64,000 nucleotides of DNA. It comes from Mobula hypostoma. Lineage: Eukaryota. The notes below the pieces were generated by a model, which was given only the letters and a program-made list of their open reading frames with translations, searched no databases and had not been told where the DNA came from. The translations under genes were made by a program, and so were the position numbers. Positions 12,542 to 24,500 of this stretch are shown here, one piece after another (the first letter of the stretch is position 1; the number at the start of each line of letters is the position of its first letter). The stretch covers positions 109,370,001-109,434,000 of the forward strand of contig NC_086097.1 of NCBI RefSeq assembly GCF_963921235.1, in the 5' to 3' direction.

Positions 12542-14623
12542 CGAGGGAGATGTCCTCCTTTTTTAAAGAGAGGGGCTTCCCTTCCTCCACTATCAATTCT
12601 GCTCTCAAACGCATCTCCCCCATTTCACGTACATCTGCTCTAGCTCCATCCTCCCGCCACCCCACTAGGAATAGGGTTCCCCTGGTCCTCACCTACCACC
12701 CCACCAGCCTCCAGGTCCAACATATTATTCTCCGTAACTTCCGCCACCTCCAACGGGATCCCACCACTAAGCAGATCTTTCCCTCCCCCCCCCCCGCTTT
12801 CCGCAGGGATCACTCCCTACACGACTCCCTTGTCCATTCGTCCCCCCCATCCCTCCCCACTGATCTCCCTTCTGGCACTTATCCTTGTAAGTGGAACAAG
12901 TGCTACACATGCCCTTACACTTCCTCCCTTACCACCATTCAGGGCCCCAAACAGTCCTTCCAGGTGAGGTGACACTTCACCGGTGAGTCGACTGTGGTGA
13001 TATACTGCGTCCGGTGCTCCCGATGTGGACTTCTATATATTGGCGAGACCCAACGCAGACTGGGAGACCGCTTTGCTGAACACCTACGCTCTGTCTGCCA
13101 GAGAAAGCAGGATCTCCCAGTGGCCACACATTTTAATTCCACATCCCATTCCCATTCTGATATGTCTATCCACGGCCTCCTCTACTGTAAAGATGAAGCC
13201 ACACTCAGGTTGGAGGAACAACACCTTATATTCCGTCTGGGTAGCCTCTAACCTGATGGCATGAACATCGACTTCTCTAACTACCGCTAGTGCCCCACCT
13301 CCCCCTCGTACCCCATCTGTTATTTATTTTTATACACACATTCTTTCTCTCGCTCTCCTTTTTCTCCCTCTGTCCCTTTGGCTGTGCCTATTGCCCATCC
13401 TCTGGGTTCCCACCCCACCTTGTCTTTCTCCCTGGGCCTCCTGTCCCATGATCCTCTCGTGCCCCCTTTGCTGGTCATCTGTCCAGCTCTTGGCTCCATC
13501 TCTCCCCCTCCTGTCTTCTCCTGTCATTTTGTATCTCCTCCTCCTCCTCCCACTTTCAGGTCTCTTGCTGGCTCTTCCTTCAGTTGGTCCTGACGAAGGG
13601 TTTCGGCCTGAGGCGTCGGCTGTGCCTCTTCCTGGAGATGCTGCCTGGCCTGCTGCGTTTCCAGCATCTGCAGAATTCCTGTTGTTTGAAATCTGTGGAT
13701 GCTGGAGTTTCGGGCAGCACACATGAAGGTTGCTGGTGAGCACAGCGGGCTGGGCTGTGTCTCTGGGAGGGGGTGGAGTTGACGTTTTGGGCCGAGACCC
13801 TTTGTTGGGACTGGCTGGGGGGGGGAGAGCTGGTGGGAGGTTTGGGGGTGGGAGGGGGAGGGGGAGATCTGAACTGGTGGGGGAAGCGGGAGGGGGAGGG
13901 ATGGGGCCGGGAGCTGGACGGTTGATTGGCGGGGGGGGGGATGTGGGGGGGATCATGGGACGGGAGGCCTAGGGAGGGGGAAGAGGGGGAGAAGGGGATA
14001 AGCCCGGGGGATGGGTGGGGGGTGTGGTGGGAGGGACGGAGGGAGAGAGAGAGAAAAAAATGTGTGTATATAAATAAATAATGGATGGGGTACTTCCACG
14101 TCCCATTCCCATTCTGATATGTCTATCCACGGCCTCCTCTACTGTCAAGTTGAAGGAACAGCACCTTATATTCCGTCTGGGTAGCCTCCAACCTGATGGC
14201 ATGAACATCGACTTCTCTAACTTCCGCTAATGCCCCACCTCCCCCTCGTACCTCATCCGTTGTTTAGTTTTATGCACACATTCTTTTTTCTCTCTCTCTC
14301 CTTTTTCTCTCTCTGTCCCTCTCACTATACCCCTTGCCCATCTTCTGGTTTCCCCCCCCACCTTTTCTTTCTCCCTGGGTCTCCTGTCCCATGATCCTCT
14401 CGTATCCCTTTTGCCTATCACCTGTCCAGCTCTTGGCTTCATCCCTCCCCCTCCTGTCTTCTCCTATCATTTTGCATCTCCCCCTCCCCCTCCCACTTTT
14501 AAATCCCTTACTCACTCTTCCTTCAGTTAGTCCTGACGAGGGGTCTCGGCCTGAAACGTCGACTGCACCTCTTCCTAGAGATGCTGCCTGGCCTGCTGCA
14601 TTCACCAGCAACTTTGATGTGTG
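12542..14623 (+). mobile_element. Neptune-like PLE, 5'-truncated composite: forward 12542-13688, inverted 13689-14093, forward 14094-14623
   Basis: Cys-rich linker CKWNKCYTCPY and GIY-YIG nuclease VIYCVRCSRCGLLYIGETQRRLGDRFAEHLRSV, with two premature stops. Flanked by TSD tagcctgtgaggga (12528-12541 and 14624-14637). Confidence 0.92.
14529..14565 (+). ncRNA. Minimal type I hammerhead ribozyme in PLE terminal repeat
   Basis: agtc-CTGACGA-ggggtctcggcct-GAAA-c-GTC-gact: stem I agtc/gact, intact core, ACGT palindrome at stem III. Confidence 0.8.
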
Positions 14624-14927
14624 TAGCCTGTGAGGGATGATCGTTTAAATGCTGAGCTGAAGTTGATGAACAACATCCTGGCGTATGAGGCATTGTTTCC
14701 TCGGTGGGACAGGATGGAGTGGAGGGCTGAAGCTATGGCATCATCAGTGGACCTGTTTGAGTGGTAGGTGAAATGGAAAGAGTCCAATGTGGCTGGAAGG
14801 TGGCATTTTATATGATTCATTACCAGCTGCTCAAAGCACTTCATGATTGATGAGCTCAGTGCCACTGGGTGGTAATTGTTTAGGCCAGTTACTGTCAGTC
14901 CCTTGGGCACTGGAATGACGGTGGCTA

Positions 14928-15773
14928 CATAGAGAACATAGAATAGTACAGCACATTACAGGCCCTTCGACCCACAATGTTGTGCCGACCCTCAAACCCT
15001 GCCTCCCATATAACCCCCCACCTTAAATTCCTCCATATAACTGTCTAGTAGTCACTTAAATTTCACTAGTGTATCTGCTTCCACCACTGACTCAGGCAGT
15101 GTATTCCACGCACCAACCACTCTCTGAGTAAAAAACCTTCCTCTAATATCCCCCTTGAACTTTCCACCCCTTACCTTAAAGCCATGTCTTCTTGTATTGA
15201 GCAGTGGTGCCCTGGGGAAGGGGCACTGGCTATCCACTCTATCTGTTCCTCTTATTATCTTGTTACCTCTATCATGTCTCCTCTCATCCTCCTTCTCTCC
15301 AAAGAGTAAAGCCCTAGCTTCCTTCATCTCTGATCATAATGCATACTCTCGAAACCAGGCAGCATCCTGGTAAATCTCCTCTATACCCTTTCCAATGCTT
15401 CCACATAGTGAGGTGATCAGAACTGGACACAATACTCCAAGTGTGGCCTAACCAGAGTTTTATAGAGCTGCATCATTACATCACGACTCTTAAACTCTAT
15501 CCCTCAACTTATGAAAGCTAACACCCCATAAGCTTTCTTAACTACCCTATCTACCTGTGAGGCAACTTTCAGGGATCTGTGGACATGTACCTCCAGATCC
15601 CTCTGCTCCTCCACACTATCAAGTATCCTGCCATTTACTTTGTACTCTGCCTTGGAGTTCGTCCTTCCAAAGTGTACCACCTCACACTTCTCCGGGTTGA
15701 ACTCCATCTGCCACTTCTCAGCCCACTTCTGCATCCTATCAATGTCTCTCTGCAATCTTCGACAATCCTCTAC
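14928..15773 (-). mobile_element. CR1 3' fragment nested in the Rex1 element
   Basis: LQRDIDRMQKWAEKWQMEFNPEKC and RGRFFTQRVVGAWN; tail complementary to catagagaacatagaa. Confidence 0.9.
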
Positions 15774-17309
15774 CTCAAAGCCTGCAGGGTCAGTGGACTG
15801 CTTGCAGTGCAAAGAGACACTGAAGATACCTGTTAGGACCTCTGTTAGCTGGGCTGCACAGTCCCTCAGCACCTGACCGGTATGTTACGTGACCCCATAG
15901 CTTTACGTGGGTTTACCGTGGCGAGGGTCCTCCTCACCCCGGCTGTGGCCTGAGGTGCCTGTTGCTCAGGAAGAGAGGGGGCTTTCCGCAATGTCACATC
16001 ACTCATTGTGCCAATTGTGCATAGAAGGCATTCAGCCTATTAGGAAGGGAGGCATCACTGTCGCCGGGTGGACTTGTAATTGGTTATGGTTTGTATACCT
16101 TGCCACATGTGCCGCATGTCCCCAGCGTCACAAAGACATCTGTGAATTTCCTGTGAATACACTTGCTTTGCTTTCCTGATGGCATGGGAGAGCTCTTGCT
16201 GACCTTAGACTTGTCCTGTCCCCTGATCTGAAGGCAGTGCCCCAAACCCTGAGCAGTTAGCCATGGTTTCTGGTTTGCCTTGACAGTGTAATATTTAATC
16301 ACTGTAACATCCTCAATGCCAGTCCTACATAGCCAGTCACTGATCCAGCATATTCATCAATGTTGATGTGATGATCGTTGCAGTGGGCCATTGCTACTGA
16401 GGCATTCACACGCCAGTTCTTATTGACGTAGACACACAGACCTCCTGCTCGGGTCTTACCGGAGGTTGCAGCATTTCTGTTCGCCCGCAAGGAGTTTAAA
16501 CCTTCCAGCTGGATAGCTGAGCCTGGAATGGTGTCCTTAAGCCAAGTTTCTGTCAGGACGAGTTGGCAGCAGTCCCTCATCTCCCACTGTTTTAAATGCA
16601 GATGCAGGTAATCCAGTTTATTTAATCAGTTGTTAGCGAGCAGAATCGTCGGGGTGCAGGCCTGCAGGGATCACTTTAAGTCTCGCTCAAATACCAGCGA
16701 GCTTACTGCGCACTTGTGTCCCCGCACTCCGCTCCTGACGCCTGCTTCCTTAAGCAGCTGGAGTAGGGCGTGGGGCAGAGCGAGGGCCTGCTCCACACAC
16801 TTGGCAGTAACTGTGAGGTGAGAAAAGGCTGAGATCTATGATTGGAAGAAGTAGGTAGAGCAGGAGCGAGTAAATGATACTTGAATGATTCAGGCAGTGT
16901 GCTGGAGGAAGGAATTGCAATCAGAGAATTACAAAGCACAGAAACCACATCCAAACTCATCACAAAGTGCTTATCTATACAATTCCCATGGACTGTCAGT
17001 TGCTCTACAGCCTTCCATGCCTCAGTAATTCAAGTGTTCATCTAGATATTTTTAAACCCCCACCACCCCCTCAGATAGTGGCTCCAGAATCCAACCAGGC
17101 TCCAAGTGAATAGGTTCTTCCTACAATTGCAGGTATGAGAAGCAAATCATCAGATAAATCCGTGTGGGTGAACTAAAGAGCACAACGAAAGGGGCAAGTA
17201 TTCTGATGGCACGCTACCTCCAAAAAATAGGAAATAGAAGAGCAAGTTTCTGACAACTGCATAAAGACGTGGGTGTTATAAGTAGGAGATTTCAGTGGCA
17301 CTGATGTTT

Positions 17310-17602
17310 GGGCAGCACAGTAGTGTACTAGTTAGCACAACACTTAGAATACAGGCAACTTGGGTTCAATTCCCGTCGCTGCCTGTGAAGAGTTTATATG
17401 TTCTCCCCGTGACAACGTGGAGTTCCTCTAGGTACTCCGGTTTCGTCCCACAGTCCAAAGATATACCAGTTGGTAGATTAATTGGTCATTGTAAATTGTT
17501 CTGTGATTAGACGGGTTAAATCGGGGGATTGTTGGATAGTGGGGCTCAAAGTGCTGGAAGGGCATATTCCACACTGTATCTCAATATATAAGATAAATAA
17601 AT
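17310..17602 (+). mobile_element. tRNA-derived V-SINE (HE1-like)
   Basis: B-box gggttcaattccc, V-domain-like tccggtttcgtcccacagtccaaaga, CR1-like tail gaagggcatattccacactgtatctc and A-rich end. Confidence 0.75.
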
Positions 17603-18145
17603 GGGATACGAAGTACAGAGCATTCAGGAAATTTTTCTTAACTGGTCAATGGTCATTAGAAAAAATGTTCAAAACTGTTACTAAACACGTGATAACAGGG
17701 CAGTGCAAAAATTCATGGTAATCAAGTAACCAGCATTTTAGCAGAAAAAATGAAAAGCATATTATCCAAATGGTGAAAGATTGTGGAGTTCTGAGATGCA
17801 GAGGAGACTGGGTGTCTAGGTCATGAAATGCAAAAGGCTGATACACATGTAATAATAAGGAAAGCTGATAGTACGGAATTGATTATTGCTGGGAGAAATG
17901 AAGGAAAAGGTACAGAGATTGAGCTTTAGTTGCATTGGACATTCATGCGTCCACATCTGGAGTACTGTGTACTGAACTGGTCTCCTGATTTAAGGAATGA
18001 TGTTAATACACTGGGGGCAATTCAGAGTAGGCTTATGAACAGATAGAAGGAATGGGTTGCATTGTGAGGAAAGGTTGGACAGAGCTAACTTGTATCTGCT
18101 CAGGTTTTAGAAGAGTGAAGGTTGAGTTGATTGGAAGATTAAATA

Positions 18146-18721
18146 TGCTCAGTGGCCACTTTATTAGGTACACCTGCTCATTAATGCAAATATCTAATCA
18201 GCCAATCATGTGGCAGCAACTCAACGCATAGAAGTATGCAGACATGGTCAAGAGGATTAATTTGTGGTACAGACCAAACATCAGAATGGGGAAGAAATGT
18301 GATAGAGGAGACTCTGAATGTGGAATGATTGTCGGTGCCAGATGAGGTGATTTAGTAACTCAGAAACTGTTCATGTCCTACCTAGGATTTTCACACACAG
18401 CAGTCTCTAGGTTTTACAAAGGATGGCGCAAAAAAGCAAAAAAAAATCTAGTGAGTGGTAGTTCTGTGGGCAAAAGCACCTTGTTAATGAGAAACGTCAG
18501 GGGAGAATGGCCGAACTGGTTCAAGCTGACAGGAAGGTGACAGTAACTCAAATAACGACATGTAACAGCACTGGTGTGCAGAAGAGCATCTCTGAACGTA
18601 CAACACATTGAACCTTCAAGCAGATGGGCTACAGTGGCAGAAGACCACGAATGTACACTGAGTGGCCACTTTGTTGGTTACAAGAGTTACTGATAGTACA
18701 TAATAAAGTGGCCACTGAGTT
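18146..18721 (+). mobile_element. Internally deleted Tc1-like transposon (non-autonomous)
   Basis: TIR ctcagtggccactttattaggtac / taataaagtggccactgag; decayed transposase N-terminus (MGKKCD...GMIVGAR...RMAELVQADRK...MGYSGRRP); extra TIR copy at ~18656. Confidence 0.85.
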
Positions 18722-19184
18722 CATTGAAGATACATATGAGACATAACAGTGTGGATGCTGAGAGGATGCTTCAACTTATTGAAGAATGTGTAACTAAAGG
18801 GTCACTGTTTAAAATTAAGTTGTTGGTTGTTTAGGCCAGAGACGAGGAGAAGTATTTCCTCTCTGAGGGTGGTGAATCTTTGGATTTCCTTACCTCAAAG
18901 AGCAGTGACAGCAGAGCCTTTGAATATTCTTAAGCAGGAGTAGCCAGATTTTTGACAAGCAAACGAGAGAATGGTTACTGGAGTTAGGAAAGGAATTTGT
19001 GTTGTGATACAGGCTGATAGGCCATGATTTTATCTAAGGCTCAAGGAGTTGCTCCGAATTCACGTGTCCATCTGTTTGCAACTAACATTTGTGAGGCCAT
19101 GTCGATCTATAAGGAAGGATGTCATTAAGCCCAGGAGAGCAGAAAAAAAACATTCACAAGGCTGCTTCTCGAGCAGGAGAGCTC

Positions 19185-19735
19185 ATGTTTTGTGCAATTT
19201 TGGGCTCCTTATCTAAGAAAGGATGTGCTGACATTGGAGAGGATTCAAAGGAGATTCATGAAAATGCTTCCAGGATTGAACGGCTTCTCAGATGAGGAAC
19301 ATTTGATTGCTCTGGGTCTGTACTCACTGGAATTGAGAAGAATGAGGGGTAGCCTCATTGAAACCTATCAAATGTTGAAAGGCCTCGATAGAGTGGATAT
19401 GCAGAAGGTGTTTTCTACGGTGGGGAAGTCTAAGACCAGAGGACACAGCCTCAGAATAGTGGCATATCCTTTTAGAATGGAGATGAGGAAGAATTTCTTT
19501 AGCTAGAGAGTGGCGAATCTTTGGAATTCTTTGCCACAGGCAGCTGTGGGGTCCAAGTCTTTGCATGTATTTAAGGGAGAGGTTGATAGTTTCTTGATTA
19601 GTCAGGGCATGAAGGGATACGGGGAGAAGGCAGGAGATTGGGGCTGAGAGGGAAAAAAGATCAGCCATGATGAAATTGCAGGGCAGACTTTGAAGTGCCA
19701 AATGACCTAGTTCTGTTCCTATACCTTATGGCCTT
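19185..19735 (+). mobile_element. CR1 3' fragment
   Basis: QFWAPYLRKDVLTLERIQRRFMKMLPG...MRKNFFS followed by 3' UTR. Confidence 0.88.
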
Positions 19736-20209
19736 GTGTTGTAAGGAGAGACTGAGGAGTCTGGGGCTTTTTCCCCTGGAATATAGGAGACTAGGCAGTA
19801 GAGGTATTCAAAATCAAGACACTTTTTACAGGTACATGGATAGAAAATGTTTCGAGGGATTGGGTCGAAACATGGTTAAGTGGATGACTTGGATGGGCAT
19901 GGACCAGTTGGCCTGTTTCTGTGTTCACGGACCTTCAAGGCAAATAATAAGCAGCAGGTTCTAGATTTAGTTTTAGGAAATAATACTAGTAGGTGGAAAG
20001 ATATCCAACAGAGATAATGGTTGTATTGTGATAATAATTCATAGATATAAATTGTAGGGAATGAGAATATACCTTGTGTTGGGGTAACACATTGTATTGG
20101 GCTGTTATCTGAGAAGCAGTTTAGCAAAATGAACTGAATTCAGCTGCTTAAAAGTAAACACATGAAATTCTGAGGATGCTGGAAATCCAGAGCAACACAC
20201 ATAAAATGC

Positions 20210-20670
20210 CGAAGATGTTGCTGGGACTGAAGTACTTGAGGTATGAGGAAAGATTGAATAAGTTGGGATTTTGTTCCTTCAAACATAGAAGATTGAGGGG
20301 AGATTTGATAAACAACATTATGAGAGCTATAGATAGGGTGAATGTAAGTAGGCATTTCCCACTGAAGTTGGGTGGGACTATAGCTAGAGGTCATGGCTTA
20401 AGGGTGAAAGTTGAAAAGTTTCAGGGGAACACGAGGGGAAACTTTTTCACTCAGAGGGTCGTAAGAGTGTGGAACGAGCTGCCAGTGCAAGTGGGTCACA
20501 CGAGCTTGATTTCAATGCTTAAGAGAAGTTTGGATAGGTACATGGATGGTATGCATCTAGAGGGCTATGGTCCTGGTGCATGTTGATGGGAGTAGGCAGT
20601 TTAAATGGTTCTGCATAGACTAAATTGGCCGAAAGGCCTGTTTCTATGCTGTACTTATGATTCTCTGACA
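20210..20670 (+). mobile_element. CR1 3' fragment
   Basis: YEERLNKLG...RRLRGDLI...NFFTQRVVRVWNELP; 3' UTR gaaaggcctgtttctatgctgta. Confidence 0.88.
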
Positions 20671-20932
20671 CTAGGTACCTATAGGGGCATACCATTGCTG
20701 TTTGCCAGATGAAAGGATATCACCAAGAACCTTCTCAACTGTCTCTTTCCAGTGGCTGAAGCAATGTTCTTTGAATCAGAGCATGGAGTCCATCCATCCA
20801 GGTGAAAAACATCTTATTCATGCAATCTTACCTCAAACCTATCCCCTCTAGTTTCAAGGTCCCATAGCCTGGGAAAATAAATGTGACTGTCCACCCTAAC
20901 TATTGTCCTAATTATTTAATAAACCTCTTTAA

Positions 20933-21013
20933 CAGGGGTTCCCAACCTGCGGTCCACAGACCCCTTGGTTAATGGTGGGAATCCATGGCATAAAAAAAAG
21001 TTAGGAACCCCTT
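20933..21013. mobile_element. hAT (Charlie-like) MITE, ~80 bp; related copies at 34836-34916 and 56818-56872
   Basis: TIR caggggttcccaac / ttaggaacccc. The 56818 copy has a perfect 8-bp TSD ctctagag (56810-56817 and 56873-56880). Confidence 0.75.
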
Positions 21014-21590
21014 CTCTATAGGGCTTCTCCATCAACTTCCTCAACTTCTTGGAAAACTGTCCAAATCTAATCTGTGTAGTCCTGATGCAAGGTTTTGACC
21101 CGAATCAGAAAATTCCTTTTCCTCCACAGATGTTGCCTGACCTGTTGAGTTCTTCCAGCAGATTGCTTGTTGCTACAATCTAAACTGTCTTGCCTTATAA
21201 CTCAAGGCTTCCAGTCCCAACAACATCCTTGTGAATTTTTTCTGCATCTTCTCCAGCTTAATCGCACCCTTCCTGTAGTCTGATGACCAGAATGGAATCT
21301 CAGCTTCTCTACGCAGTGTCCCAGAGATGAATACAAGCACTTCAAGCACCATCTGCACCATCTTCACCATTCTGTCCACCTTTGTCACCACTTTCAGGGA
21401 TGTACTTTCACCCATTGTATGCTATGTCCCTCTTTGCAACAACACTGCCCAGGTCCCTGCCATTCACTATGCAAGTCCTGCCCTGAATTAACTACCCAAA
21501 TGTATCACTTTGTACTTGTTCAAGTTAAATTTCATCTGCCAGTCCTTTTCCAACTTTCCCAGTTGATCTAGATTATGCTGTAGCATTAGA

Positions 21591-24500
21591 GTTACAAAAT
21601 ACACGTGGACTAAGATATTAACTGTCCTGTGCTATCACCAGTGGGATCATCAGTTGATCTGCCCCCTGTCTTCAGGAGTTTCAGCCCACTTATGATCAAG
21701 ACTCCCTTGAGGTGGTGGGCCAGCAGTGCTAAAGCACCACCTCCCACTGGTGAGCTTAAAAACTTGGCATCTGCCTCTATCAGAGTTGTTGCTCGCTTCC
21801 ATCCAACAGACAGTCTGCTCTTCAGGTGTCTATGCAACTACTGAAGGGTTTGCAAGATATGTATACACTGTCTGACTATCTGCCCCTCTGGACATACTTG
21901 GTCCACACCCATGCTGATCCTTTCTCTGCTGCCTCAGCTACAGCCCTGCTGATTGACTGATCACTCTTCTAGTGAAGCCAAGGTCACGCAGCCACTTCTG
22001 GAGGGTGAACGCAATAAACCCATGGCAGCCTACTTCGAATGGATAGCATGAGACCTTCCACCCTCTGTCTCTGCACTCTGATCTTAATTCTGCATACTTG
22101 GTTAACTTGTGCTCATGGGCTTCATCGATGTTGTCTTCCCAGGGGACTGTGAGTTCACCAATAACCACTTCTCTACTGGTGTCAGACCATACGATTATAT
22201 CTGGACACAATGTTGTGAAAGCTATTTGCTCCGGGAAACTGCCTTTCCCGTCCAGGTCGGCCTTGACACACCAATCATTGGCTGAAGAAAGCATGCTTGA
22301 TCGTGAGCCTGTGCTGTACGCCCTTGACTTGGAGCCTTCTTTCACAAATGATATGCGATGTTCTGTGCAGCATGGGGCATGAGATAAGTTCCGCTCAACC
22401 GCTTCTGTTACAACTTTGAGAACGTTGTTATGTCTCCAAGTGTACAGGCCACTGGAAAGATTGACTCTGCATGCACTCAAGATATGTTGAAGTGTTCCCT
22501 TCTCGCCACAAGCAGCACACCTGTCTGTCTTATCTTCATACCAGCTGCTGAGGTTGGCAGGTGTTGGGAGCAGATCGTACGCTGCTCTGCATAGAAAAGA
22601 AATGCGAAGCGGTTCCATCTGCCACAGAACATTCCAAGATAGATGTCATTGTTCAACACCTTCCCACCAGGTCCAAGCCCCTTGTTTGGCCAGGCCAGCT
22701 ATTTTAGTTAACCTCTTCTCCTCTTCTACCTCTCGTATTTCTTGTGTTACAAGCTCACGGCACTCCTTACCTGTAGAAGATGACCACCACTTGTGGGTTG
22801 TCCATCCAAGTCCCTGGTGGCCTAGCTGGATGGCCCCAACCGTCTCCTTGTGCTTCGATCTAGACTCTGCCTCATCAACTGCTACACGGGCTGACCACTT
22901 CCTGCCTGATCGCACATCCAGCTGGGTGTTCTTAATGACAGGGTCTTTTGAGTCTCGAAGCTTCAAGAATGATCTTAGCTTGGCTATCTTGACCTCCTCA
23001 ACAAGGGATTGCAGTGGGATGGTAAGCTTTGTCTGGCTACTGTGGATTGCAACATTGGTGAGGCTGCTCGGTACTCCAAGCCACTTCTTCACATACTTGT
23101 TGATCTTCTGTTCCATCGCCTCAACGTGGGACATTGCCGCTTCATAGACAGTTAATGGCCACATTATCCGTGGCATCAGTCAGTACTGCAAGCACCACAA
23201 CTTCAACTTGCCAGGCAAGCTACACTTGTCAACAGACATCGGAGCTCTGCTGATCTGTTCTCCTGTCTCTTGAACCCTCTTGGTGTCTCTCAGCTCCTCT
23301 GTGTATCATCGCCCGAGGCTCTTAACTGGTTGGTCCTGAATGGATGGAATCTCCTCTCCACAAAGGGTGAAATGAAAGTCAACCAGCTTTCCTCTCCTAA
23401 GAACAAGGCTCCTTGACTTCCTGGTCTTGAACTTCATTCTTCCCCAATCCATTAGCTCCTTGAGTCTAGATAGTACATTTTCCACTGCCTCCATGCTGGG
23501 ACCCAAAAGGGTAGGATCATCCATGAATGCTCGTATTGGTGGTAACTCCTCTCCGTCATCAAGTGCGACACCTGGTCCCACTGATTCTGCAGCCCTCACA
23601 ATAACGTCCATGACTAACACAAAAAGGATGGGTGAAATCGCACATCCCATTGGGATTCCAACATCCAAGCTCTGCCACCTAGTTGAAAACTGCTGAGTGG
23701 AAAACCTCATCCGGAAATCGTTGTCATACTGCATAACAAAGTTCCTCACCTTAGCAGGAATCCATAGGATTTCCATCGCAAACTCAACCAGGACATGGGG
23801 AACAGAACCATACGCATTTGCCAGATCAAGCCAAACTACAGCCAGATTTCTTCTCAACCTTTTTGACTCCTGGATGGTATGCCATATCATACTAGAATGT
23901 GCAAGGCATCCTGGGAAGCCTGGTACTCCTGCCTTCTGCACAGATGTATTTATTAATCCATTCTCTATCACAAATGAAGATATTCTTTCTGCCAGAATGC
24001 CAAACATAATCTTCCCCTTTACATTCAGGAGTGAAATTGGTCGGAACTGATTCAATGTAGAAGAATTCTCTTCCTTCGGGATGTATACTCCTTCAGCCTC
24101 ACTCCATGACAAAGGAACACCACCTTGTCTCCACACCACCTTTAACAATCTCCACAAGTGTTTCCTCAGCTATTCACACTTCTTGAACACCTTATACGGC
24201 ACTCCATTAGGTCCTGGCACTGAGCCTGACCTTGCGTTTCTGATGAACTGTTCGAATTCTGCCAATTTGGGTTCTGACAGATTGAACTTCACTCCTGGCT
24301 TGGTAGGCTTCACAAGCCCTGAAATGTCAAGCAAAGGAGCCTCCCGCTGTTCGTTAGAGTAAGTGCTTGCCAGGTGATCCTCAAGTTCTTGTTGAGAGAT
24401 GTTAAGCTGCCCACTCTTACCTTGTTCAAACAGTTTCTTTGTGAACTCGTGAGGGTTCTCAAAGAATGACTTTCTTGCCTTCTCTCTCTTCTTTCTCTTT

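Larger units (their letters stand above)
11430..16960 (-). mobile_element. Rex1/Babar LINE, decayed, interrupted by a PLE (12542-14623) and a CR1 (14928-15773)
   Basis: EN (VLTETWL, GKTRAGGLCVYVN), RT (YHPVALSSSIMKCFEQLV, YARMLFINFSSAF) and a tail complementary to ttcaagttcaagtttatt at ~11433. Confidence 0.85.

Noticed and set aside
13330..13972. Pro-rich 208-aa and Gly-rich 80-aa ORFs
   Set aside because: By-products of the G-rich hypermutated PLE terminal repeat, where stops were lost; not genes.
17310..17385. tRNA gene
   Set aside because: A/B-box-like head of a SINE with no full cloverleaf.
21640..21700. GAAA...CTGATGA in the HERO 3' UTR as a permuted hammerhead
   Set aside because: A stem follows GAAA, but there is no properly placed UH cleavage site or stem I.
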